30,276 bases of DNA from assembly GCA_000934665.2 (NCBI GenBank), contig JYFJ02001085.1, positions 62,001-92,276 on the forward strand, written 5' to 3'. Below, one piece after another: positions 1 to 11,262 of the stretch. The notes below the pieces were generated by a model. It was not told the DNA's origin and ran no database searches. It saw nothing but the letters and a program-made list of their open reading frames with translations. The position numbers were made by a program, and so were the translations under genes. This DNA is from Catajapyx aquilonaris. Lineage: Eukaryota. The first letter of the stretch is position 1; every line of letters starts with the position of its first letter.

Positions 1-577
1 CTCTCTTTCTATATTAAAAATGTGGCTAGCTCAGAACTACTGTTTAGTTCAAATTTCATTCTGTGCAATCTGAGTTACTGAACAATGGTGACAGCCTCGA
101 TAAACTGCATCATCCTGTTGATGGGTCGTCTTACTTGAAATGCCGGTATACTCGTGACGCCGCAATGTGACTTCAAGTGGAAGTTTCGAAAATGAGAAAT
201 CTTACTTTTGCATCAATTGTGACTTTTCTTGGAGAATTTATTAATTGTTGCTTGGTACCACAATAATTCTTTCACTCAGATGATCAATTTGAATAATATG
301 AATGCTCATATTATGGTCATACCATATTTGTAACATAACTAGTTAGAAATAATTCGCTTATAGCTTTTGCGCCACTGACTGAAAAAACGTGTACTATAGT
401 AGACATTAGCGGTTATATTCAAAGTAGCACCAAAATAATAATTATGCCTGTCCGTATATCTCGGCTGTTATAGTAATATGAGCAAATAAGCTTCTCAGAT
501 TCGCAAACCTGTCGTGACATCACAGATGTTGGTTGACATTTGGGAGTGGCATAAACCCATTTTTTTAAAAATTATGT

Positions 578-770
578 GGGGGATGTGCGGTGGCCGAGAT
601 GGTAATGTTTCGGCTTGCTGAGTGAAAGGTCACAGGTTCGATCCCCGCCTGGGAGTTCCCTTTCACCTGCGTCAGGAGGGTCTCTTACCCGCGCCTTGGA
701 GGTGTCTGGCAACCTAACCTCCTGGGGAACAGCACATGACCCCTTTACAGACATTTACATTACACAGTAT
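578..770 (+). mobile_element. tRNA-derived SINE (~190 bp)
   Basis: Pol III A box TGGCCGAGATGG (591-602), B box GGTTCGATCC (635-644), unrelated body, CATTTACATTACAC-type tail, and flanking 8-bp direct repeat AATTATGT (570-577 and 771-778). Confidence 0.8.
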
Positions 771-1969
771 AATTATGTTCCCTTCCCAAAAATCCCTATC
801 CTAACCACATTGTCCTTCATTCCCTGCACCGGAGTTAGAAGAAAAATAGAAAATAGAAAATATGGAATATGGTGGTAGTCCACCCCCTAACACTGACACT
901 GTCTCATGGGGTACACCCTTAAAAAATGAATATTATGCTAGGTGTGAAGTTTTGGTACCGTACTTTCAAATGTGTGCAATTTCATCAAATCAGTTCTCAC
1001 GCCATTTCAAATGCTAAGATAAGCTGGAAATGTGTTAGATATTTATGAGCATACAAAGTTTTGGTTTTATACACACTATCATATAATTTATGGAATCATC
1101 ATAAAATATCAAAATCCTACTATAAATATTGTTTGACGCAAAAAAAGGACGTTATCGACCTCTCTGACATCCATTGCAAATATCTGATTGTTGATTCTGA
1201 GTCATTGTTTACAATGATCAACTCTTCCATCACCTTTCGTGTGAGCGCATGCTCACCTTCCATTTGCATCGAGGCGTGTTTGATAGGGCTTATATAATTC
1301 ATTTTCCTTGCTCTGCCATTCGTTGTAGAAAATCATTGGTGCCATCCACCGACTCCCCCTCCCTATAAGCTGGCCCAACAATGCAAAAAATGATGCCTTT
1401 TATAAGGAGTTATAGAGAAAAGATAGGGTTGCAAATACACACACTAAAAACTATAAGACCCATCCGTTATAAATTTGCAAACAATATTTTTTGTATGCAA
1501 TAGAAAAAATGACCGTCAAATATATACAGTTTGAAATCAATTAAGGAAGTGGCTTGTTGAACAATAATGTTGCTTGTGACATGCCTGTCACTCAAAATTA
1601 CTGCCTTTGTATAATAGCATCATCATTAAGGCCAAATTTATAATAGATATGACCTTTAAGACTAGGCCAAGCATTTCTAGAAGACCTGATGTGGTGACTC
1701 AGCACTCGTCAGAAGGATTTATACCGTGATTACATGCAGTCTGCCCACTCTCATGTAATTGGACATGAATTTACACTCTGAGAAAATGATGTCAAACAAT
1801 GTTCACGACATCATATTAAAAATTATATTGTAACGCATAGTACAGTTATGTCTGTTAATATTATTCCAGCTATATTGGATAGCCACTGAACTTTATTCTG
1901 GCACCACTGCTTCCAGTATGGGCATACTGTATAATTATTTTTTAAAGCATTTTATGCATTATATGATAC

Positions 1970-2470
1970 TGTGACAGACAAGGAGTCACATAAAGAGGCT
2001 CCCATTATTCCTTCAATCCGGATTTTCTTGGGTGGTGTTTCATGACCATCTTACTTTAGAGGAAAGGCCAACATGACCCAACTTGACAGGCGCGAATCAC
2101 ACACCCATAATTTTCCAATTTTTCACGTAGCTCTCATCGAGGCTAAGTGAGGACGAGAGCTTATGACCGGACCAGAAAAAAGGGGAAAACCAAGCTGACG
2201 GACTGACTCGTCTCAAAAATTGTGACACAACTTATCAGGCAGGTTTCCTCTTTTTTCGGTTCCGTGTGGACATAATTAGGCAGCTTATCGTCTAGTCTTG
2301 ACAGGCGAAGGTATTCTATACTCATTTTCCCAACCCTCGTGAGAACCACCCGTCTCCTTTCCCCTCCTCCTCCTCCCTCACCCACTCCCCACCCTTGCGC
2401 CTACCTTCCACCCACCATGACACATGCACAATAACAAAGCCGGGGCTCAAATTGCCTAGATGACCCTCGC
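1970..2470. promoter_or_regulatory. Candidate enhancer
   Basis: Duplicated 11-mer CTTGACAGGCG (2082, 2297), two CTTATC GATA words, and a run of CCTCCC/CACCC Sp/KLF boxes at ~2345-2415. Confidence 0.4.
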
Positions 2471-3769
2471 AATCATTATTAGGCTCATTTGTGTCAGATG
2501 CTCACTTTTCTTCCACATATTTTAACGGTTTTTTGAGTCTGAAATTATTTATGCATATTTAATTAATTAAATTGATGTTTACCGTTATGTTCTTTTATGT
2601 CTTCTTTTACATATCTATTGATATCTATACGTGTATAAAAATAGACACTTTATTAGTCACAATTTTGATTGAAGTGTTTCTGACATGTACTTTAATAACC
2701 CTATTATACGAAATAATTTTTTAAGTACTATATTTTAGTTGCAAGTAAATAAAGAATTGAAAATATTTAATTTCATGGAACTATTCGAAACAAAATATTG
2801 ATCTCAAATATATTATCCATGTAATTCACTAATGATACACCATGTAATCAAAATTCTAGATTAGTACTAGTGTCATATTCACAGTTAAACATTTCAAAAA
2901 TAAACAAAATCTGTCAACTATTTGTCGCCATTTTAAAAGGCACTTTCAGGTGGTTGAGTTAAAATAAAATCAATCATTAATTGTGTCCAACAAACAAAAA
3001 TGTACCTAATCATAGCTCCCAAATTACATTCTTTTCATAAAAATTAACAGGCAATAAACACATTGTCGCTAATTAGGGGTTGAAATATTTAGTCCCGTTT
3101 GCAAGATTGATTTCGTGTTTAACAACCATAATCGTGGACCGGGCCTGAATCATTAAGAATCGCTTGGTGTAAAACGTCCGTATAAACCACAACATGGCCA
3201 CAGCCTTTGTGTACTTTTTCAATTCAGTGTGTAGTTACCTCATCCATGAATTTCTATTGGAGGAACGCGAGAAAAGAGTAAGGGCTAGTGAAATATGGCT
3301 ATGCAATTAGTCTCACTTCGTCACTTGGTCATTCATCACCGGAAGGAAGAGGCTTTTATGTGGTTCCCCCAACGCTGTAAATTGCGTTGCTTCATGACTG
3401 AATGTTTTTTCCCTCATATTTTTTTCCATAAAAGGTATTAGCCCCGCAGGAATATATGCATATGGAATAATAACCTTAGTAGTTCAGTGCGGATGAGTCC
3501 AATTGAGTTGGACAGGAAGCGAGGGGCTTATTCAAAACAGTGTTAAAACCGTATCAGTTTCACGTTATATTCATGTTTTTGCCACGTTTAACATACTTTT
3601 GAATATGAGTTGTAGTAATTCTGATGTGTTAAAGTCAGTGGAGATAGTGACTTGTGCTGAATGGTTTTCATCTATTTACTTTACACAATTATCATATATT
3701 TTATTTTTGGGCTTAAATAATTATCAACATCTGATCGCACCTTATCCATGGGCTCTCCTGAACTTGGGT

Positions 3770-4600
3770 CGGCAGATGTTAGCTGACTATTCCCGCCCAA
3801 CTCCAGTGGCTTTAACTCCCCTAAACTTTTTTTTTTCTATCCGGCATCCTGGCCGTAGCAAAAAAAAAAAAGAAAAAAGAAAAAAAAGAAAAAAAGGCTA
3901 GCCCATCGTACTGGAACTTCCCCACCGAACTGAGAGAAGGATTCGGTGTCCCGAGGCGAAGAAATCCGGAAAGCTGTCGATCGATCACCCGCCGACCGAT
4001 AAATCACGTCACCGCGTTTCATCGGTGCCATTCTTTCCATTATTTTCCACCCGAGGGCTCTGCCCGAGAACCGCCATTTTTATTGCCCTCTGATTTATTA
4101 CAATCATGCACAAGGGCAACGCTAAAGATGCAACCGGAATGATGATTTCACCAGTGGTGCAAGAATTTTCGTTAAAATCCTGGCATGTGGAAAGTAAATA
4201 AGATGCAAGAAAATTTATCTAAAAAAAATATGGCATTTATCATTTTACTTTCTCAAAATGTGTCTTGGAGGATTGTTGTGAAGATTATGAATTGAGAATG
4301 ATGTCGTTTAGTAGTACTTTGGCAGTCTTGTGGAGAGGATTTACACTGACCGCTTGTGGATGGTTGGATTATGGTAATGCGTGCACGCCCAGAGCACGTC
4401 GCATTATGCGTCATTGTCCTTCGTTCCCTCGACTGTTCTTCTTTCCATAAAACTTGGTCTCCCCATGCATCCACTTTCACCCCACCTTCATCACACGCTA
4501 GCATCATTGATTTACGCCCTTCTTTTCGCATCCACCCAGCGATCGCGCTGGGAAGTCGCCAGTCAATATTTTTGTATACACTTGGATGTACCACGGTGAG
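3770..4600. promoter_or_regulatory. Candidate enhancer
   Basis: CpG-rich non-coding block with CCGGAA (3966), Pbx-Hox-type TGATTTAT on both strands (3999, 4091), TTTATTG/TTTATTAC, CCGCCATTTT (4071) and GC boxes. Confidence 0.4.
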
Positions 4601-7600
4601 ATCCCTGTGTTTTATTAGGTATGTACAAATTATTACCCTACAAAATATTTTATATCCTGATCAGGTGTCAACAGTACTAGTTTGAGATATATCACGATTT
4701 AATATTAATTTAACACAGTCGCTTTGCATTTGAAGCAGAAACTGCCTACCTCATGTGCATAATAGTTGTACCTGGTTGTACTGACGAAAATTCCAATAAA
4801 AGGAATTGTAACCAGAGAGTACTGAAGGTGACACGCCTCCTTTTCACTTTATGCTGTAATAACTACAATAAAACTCTCATAACTCATGTTTTTGTTAACT
4901 TGAAACACGCAACATCACATCAAATCACAGGTTATATATTTTAGAAAATATATTACCCCTAGCCACATACATCTCATTTTGCAGAATTGTTTACAAACGT
5001 TTTAATATTTTTATGGATGTGTACAGAACTCCTTGACCAGAGCGTGCATTTTTCGAGTAAATATAGAACAGGAATGATGCTGTAGCGCTAAATTCCTAAA
5101 ACCTTCGAGAAGGTATCAAAAAACAACGGAAATAAAACAAACCCCTAGACACGGTTCTTAAAATTGGGGAAAAGTGGGATAATGACATCATCCCCAGGAA
5201 GGAAGAAAGAAAGAAAATAATGATACCTCGGAGTCGTAGTCCAAATGGTGGAATCAGGACCACCAAAAAGGCCCCTTCTTGTCTCTTGGCCTTATAATTT
5301 CCCTTCCGAAAAGGCGCATTTTTTCTCATTTTTTTTCGTTTTTCAGGTTGAAGGTGGTTAGATCGCGTGCGACTTTTGCTTTCTGCCCGCCCTTACTCGC
5401 AACCCTCACAGTCTTAGGCCGGCGAGAAGAGCAAGAACATGGTAGTAAATAAAAGAGGCAGGCTAAAAAATAATGTCAATTTTAAGTGAAAACAAAAGCA
5501 GCAGAAAATCTGGGTGAGTACTTATTTGAATTATTTACATGTCTTAGAAAATAAAAATAGTATAAACCACTATCAGGCAGGAAGTAACGTGTCAGCTGAT
5601 CAGAACCAAAATAAGGATAGCTAAGGAAAGAAAACATTTGGTCCAAACCATGCATTCGTGCATTTTATTCTTGTACATAATGATAACAGTGATGTAGTCC
5701 TCTCCAATAATATATTCATTATTTGTTTGTTGATATTTTCGATAGTAGGGTAATAGTTTGAATTTCCTCATTCGAATGTGCATAATTATACATGAATGTG
5801 TACACGTGTAATATGATGAGTAAAATGCAAATATGTTAATGGCAAAATCCATAATGTTTTTTATCTTGAATTGGAAGTGACAACATACCGAATATACTCA
5901 CAATATACGCAAGTAAATTATAATCAAAATTTGAAAAATTGTATTCGTGATCACGGCGATCACGGAATAACATGAGTAAACATTCCCAGCCATATTACGT
6001 CACTGAAAAGGAACATGACTGTCGTATTCCACGACCATGATGACAATGCCACTGTGCCTAGATAATACCGTTCAAATTATTGAGGCGTTCCAAGATGAGT
6101 TTGTTGAATTTTAATTTGTCTTAGAAGAGTAAAAGCAATAATAACTTGTTATTTATTAGCCGTGTCCGCATACATAAATCGGACCCAATTGGAACGTAAC
6201 TGTAACTTTTATATATATATAGTAAACGCAGGATAACCTGTGTACAGTACATCTAATGATTTTCAGTGTAACAAAGCAATAAATGTAATTTTACCGAGAT
6301 CGTAATTGTAATGAAATTAGTCTTTCTAGCCAAAAGCGAGCCAAAGAAGTACCTTTGAGCAAAATTGCTTTAGGCCTATTATGTTCACAATTCTAAACAT
6401 AAGAACAAGTTTTAAAGACCTTCATGTGAGAACATATTCAATTAATATTAACGTGAAAGATAACATTTATTTTACTTTTAGGTAAAAAAAAGACAAAAGG
6501 TGTTTAGAATCAAATATAAATATAGGCGGTTAATGTGAATATCTTTTTTTCTTTCACTGCACAATCGTCCTCCCACGGTTCTTTGAAGGATTTATGACGA
6601 AGGCACCAACTTTGAATCGCAACAATTACTATTTAATTATCCTCATTTTTCTAACTAGAAAACCAGCGCAAGTCTGTCCACGCACTAAAACGTTCCTGGT
6701 TCTGAAATATGCTTTGGGTTGATGGTTGCAATTATGAACAATTAGTCACAATTTATAGCAGCCTAGCGGCAAACCCTGTTCTTATTCATTGTGTCCACAA
6801 TAATTTCGGGGCCTACACTACTTAATGACAGAGGCCTATGACTCGGTACCCCACAAATTACAAAAAAATGTTGGCTAATTCGAAGGATATTTGTCTAAGC
6901 GAGAATAATGACTCTAACTCAAATTATCCCAACCTATGCAAAAGACAATAAACAAGTTACAGGCTACGGAAATTCCAGTCTGATGATCATTTATGCAAGG
7001 TAAAGTGTTTTGGAGACCTTTATCTTTGTGTGTTCTTCAGGCTTGATGAGGAGAGTTCTCTTTTCAATGAAATTAATTAACGGACTAGAAAACGCGTTGT
7101 TCTGGAATTATACCTAATTATGGCTACATTTTTCACATAATTAGTGCAGTACATTGGGAAAGTGGCCTAACAAGTACACTGTCTTAAGGAAGAACTAATA
7201 TTATTTGCCATTATACGTAATAATATCTACTACGACCCTCATTACTGTTGTTAGGTTTGAGATATCATTGCAATTGTCATTTGGTTATATATTGTTGACA
7301 AAGTTTAGTTATATTTATTGTTGAGTTATGGTCTACAAAAGTTATTCTAGCATCTGTAGTTTGCGTATAGAAGGAGAATCACATTGTTGTGCTCCAGTTC
7401 AGTCTAAATACCTGAATATAAATACATCGATTTGTACATATTGATGTTACCGTATGCTTATGACCAATTAATTAATTTGCCCATACATGAAACGTTATGT
7501 GATTATGTAAGCTGAACAATTTCTTGGTGTGCTGTTATTTTTTAAACCATTATATTACTTTGAGTAACCGCATTCCACTAGCTACTGTTGCATTTGTGTT

Positions 7601-9029
7601 CGAAGCCGTTAGAGTCATGCATCCAATTGTATTTTTCTAAAATGCTTCTCTGATGCCGATCAAAACAACAAATGCGTGTCGGAATAAGGTAAAGTCTAAA
7701 ATCTCGTCATATTATACAAAGGATTATTTGCGTTTATTCGACTGTTTTCTATTATCATAGCAAAGTAAATAGAATGACAAAGATGCGATCAACTTCAAAT
7801 TGTTTGATCAGGTCAAATAAACTGACATCATTTTCCCCCTTTTCCTACCTCGCTTATCACATCACATTGTAACATACGTACAGTAATCACTTTTATTTCG
7901 TGTCAAATTATAGTTTTCAAGATATTATTATTCGTGTAAGGTTCAGCTGTTCATTACCTACAGGTATTAGGCCTAATCGAAAATTATTCTAATGTGTTTC
8001 GCTGCATTCACTGGTTGCATAATATTAAAATATTATGGTGAAGAACTACTCCTCATTTTCTATTCATTACATATATGTAAGGTATTATTTTGCACGATTC
8101 GTTATAAACTGCGCATGTAATAATATTATTTCAGGGGTAAAATGTATAATTATAATATAATATAATATATACTACTACACTTACGTACGAGTTGGCAGTA
8201 TCATAATTATGTAATCATACAGAGTAATGGCGTGTCAATATAGTTGGCTTAGATTAGTAAAACTAATACTGTATATAAAAATTTTAACCGTTATTAAGCG
8301 ATATCGGCTCATTTTTGTAGTATTTACTTCCAAATAATTTTAGTGTCGGTGTTTTTCCTCTAGGGAGATTTTATTACAATGAAAATTAATGTGATTAATT
8401 TGCATACCAAGTTGATGAAAACGTAGTGTGCCCATGCCTTTAATTTCTTCCCTGAAATTATTATTTACCGTAATGTGTTCAACGATTATTTTTTAAAAAA
8501 ATTTACCATTGGAGTAAGCAACCATACATTCTTTTTGAAACCTACTGAATAATAGAGAATAATATGTGTAATTTATATAATACCTCGCAATCAAAATAAA
8601 TGCATTAAAGTGACATTTTGCTTATAGATACTCATTGTGGTACTCTAAGGTAAATGTTTTTATTTGGGTTACATTTATTTTACAGCGATATTAATGCACT
8701 ATTGAATAAGATTGGGCCAAATATTCATAATTAATACATAGTCGAGTAAATCTGCATACGTGAATAACTAATTCACGTTACAAAATTATATCAATAAAAT
8801 TGAATTTCCAACCACTCTCGTATTACCAGTAGGCTATTACCGAGTATTTCACACATTACTGATTTATTCAATCATACTTTGGCATAGTTTTTAATGTTAC
8901 CAAATCTCAGTGTATTTTGCTAATGCTGTATGTGACATATTCAACGCAATAAATTTTATTTCTCCCATTTTAAAAATCCAGCTATGAAATGTTCTTTTTT
9001 CTTTAGGCCAAAAGGCACTGGATAGGATC

Positions 9030-9685
9030 CTAAATAGAAAGGCCGTGAAAAGAAAAATCCCGACCCCCCGTCAAGACCGGAGACAAGAGGAGTCATAAAG
9101 TGACAGGAAGGGTGGGCAATGGGTGGAGATTGTTGAAAGAAAATCTTGAAAGAGACTGACTGACTTACATTCATGGTGTTGGAAGCCGACCACCTGTCCG
9201 TCAGTCCAGGGACCGCCGCCGCACCTTCCGACACAGGATAAATAGTTGTTTTAGGTTAGGTCGATGACGTCACATGTATGGTTATGCACGGTGGCGACAT
9301 CTCCTGGGTCTAATTTCCATCACTGTACTTGTCACACTCTCACTAAACACATTTTTCTCTCTCTCCTTTTTTCAATTTTACGGTAACGTTATCCGAGCAC
9401 TGACACAACACACACGTTTTGAGGAATATACTCCTCCAGAGTGGTTGCGGCTAATACACTCTCTCAAGAAAGAGGGATTAGGCGGTGAAAAAAAAAAATT
9501 GTAAGAGGGTGGTGGGGGGTTGAGGAGGAGAGGAAAGGCGGGATAATCCCGCCTCTTTAATAGCAATGATGTGGCCCGCCATCTGGTGGATAGTTGGGGA
9601 GAAGCTCCGCCCATACGGCGGCCACTCAGACAACATCAAACCCCGCCTACACGGACAGGTGGCAGCACCAGCCGACACTGCTAAG
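9030..9685. promoter_or_regulatory. Candidate enhancer/regulatory island
   Basis: GC-richer non-coding block with GTCATAAA (9092), TGACAG (9101), CAGGAAG (9104), CACCTG/CAGGTG (9191, 9656), TGACGTCA (9265), GGATTA/TAATCC (9475, 9544), several GC/GT boxes and the CTCF match. Confidence 0.5.
9577..9589 (-). promoter_or_regulatory. CTCF core motif match
   Basis: CCACCAGATGGCG on the minus strand matches the consensus CCASYAGRKGGCR at all 13 positions. Confidence 0.55.
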
Positions 9686-10418
9686 TGTGAATATGTCTAA
9701 CTGTAATATGGGATTCTCGCAAATGTCTTAGTGAATTTGCAGTTTCAGGAATTGTATGGACGAATTCAGCGGTTATTATTGAAAATGCTTTGTGCAAGTA
9801 TAGATAATTGTTTTGTTTAGGGGTGCAATAACTAGGCGCAAATTGTGTAAATAAAAACGAGATACATTTTTCATGTATGTCTACTATGCTGGTAGACGCC
9901 ATCTTAAATATTAATAATGCAGCTTAATGTGAATTCTAATCGACATTTGGAAAATACTAAGATGAAAGACATTATTTCTCTCTCAGCGAATCAAGTGTTA
10001 CGTATTGTTTATTTCAGAAAGTAAATTAGATGACACGAGTATTTTTTAAACGTTTGTTCATAATACTGTATAAATTTACAAGGGAAGTCTGACTAATATG
10101 AAACAAAATATATGTACCGATCCCAAAGTGTATGTTTCAGTGGGACAAATGCCAATCTGTCCCTATATCAATATGACAAATTCAAAATATTGTCTGGAAA
10201 TATATAATGTACCGGTACACCACTTCTAGACCTACTAAATATATTCACTGGAGTTGCAGCTTTATAATTCATCCATTCAGGTATTGCGAAACAATTTATC
10301 CTTAATTGTAGCAAAAAGTAGCTACTGCGAATAAGAACCACTGAGAATTGCAATATTATAAGTTTCTTATTGTAGTTTTCATTTTGGAGGGTGTCCTTTA
10401 AAAATTGTGCACAAAATA

Positions 10419-11262
10419 ATTAACATTTTTTGACCGCTGCAAACTTCTGGGAATGAACATCGATGTAACCTTCCACAATTAATTGCATCAGTAGACCTAT
10501 GTAAGACTCTAAGACATTTATGACAGAGACATTTTTCGTGTAAGAAATTATTTCATGTAGCCTATTTATTGACGTGCTTTCCAATTCATATGCTTTGAAG
10601 TACAAAACATTTAGCACCTACTCGGAACTATACCATTATTCAAAAATTATGGCTATTGGCACTATTTAAAATTATTTTCAATTTTCATATAATATAGTGT
10701 TGTTATTATTGACCCTTTCTTCTGGTTTGTCTGACTGGGTTGTCACTCAGGTTTTAAACATTTATCCCAGAAACTGAATTGTCATTGTTGTATACTTACA
10801 TTGCAGGAGGACCACGTAAATATTAGCAAACACATTTTGTCAGTGCGTTGTTATATAAAGAAACCAACAATATACTGATACATCATGGATGTAAAAGTAA
10901 ATATCAATGCGTTATATGACCTAAGAACATTGAATTATGCCAACTATACTTTTTCTTGAGTAACCCTGTATTTGTGGATAATATTAGAAGATGGAATTTA
11001 GATTGACAGTTTAGAGCCAACAATTAATCTTTAGTGACTCGTATATGTCCACGGCGAGTCAACAGAGTATTAGGCATTAACATTTTTTGACCGCTGCAAA
11101 CTTCTGGGAATGAACATCGATGTAACCTTCCACAATTAATTGCATCAGTAGACCTATGTAAGACTCTAAGACATTTACGACAGAGACATTTTTCGTGTAA
11201 GAAATTATTTCATGTAGCCTATTTATTGACGTGCTTTCCAATTCATATGCTTTGAAGTACAA
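10419..11262. repeat. 187-bp direct repeat (10419-10605 and 11076-11262) separated by 470 bp
   Basis: The copies differ at one position (T10521/C11178); offset 657 bp. Confidence 0.95.

Noticed and set aside
581..655. Functional tRNA gene
   Set aside because: A and B boxes are present but the acceptor, anticodon and T stems do not pair well; the body, tail and TSD indicate a SINE.
3826..3897. T-run/hairpin/A-run as a terminator or retrocopy poly(A) tail
   Set aside because: Weak stem, eukaryotic context and no TSD; treated as low complexity.
4253..4685. Four overlapping ORFs as a coding exon
   Set aside because: No recognisable protein; expected by chance in a GC-richer stretch.
10420..11262. 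Two near-identical short ORFs as paralogous genes
   Set aside because: They are a by-product of the 187-bp DNA duplication, lack ATG starts and resemble no protein I recognise.
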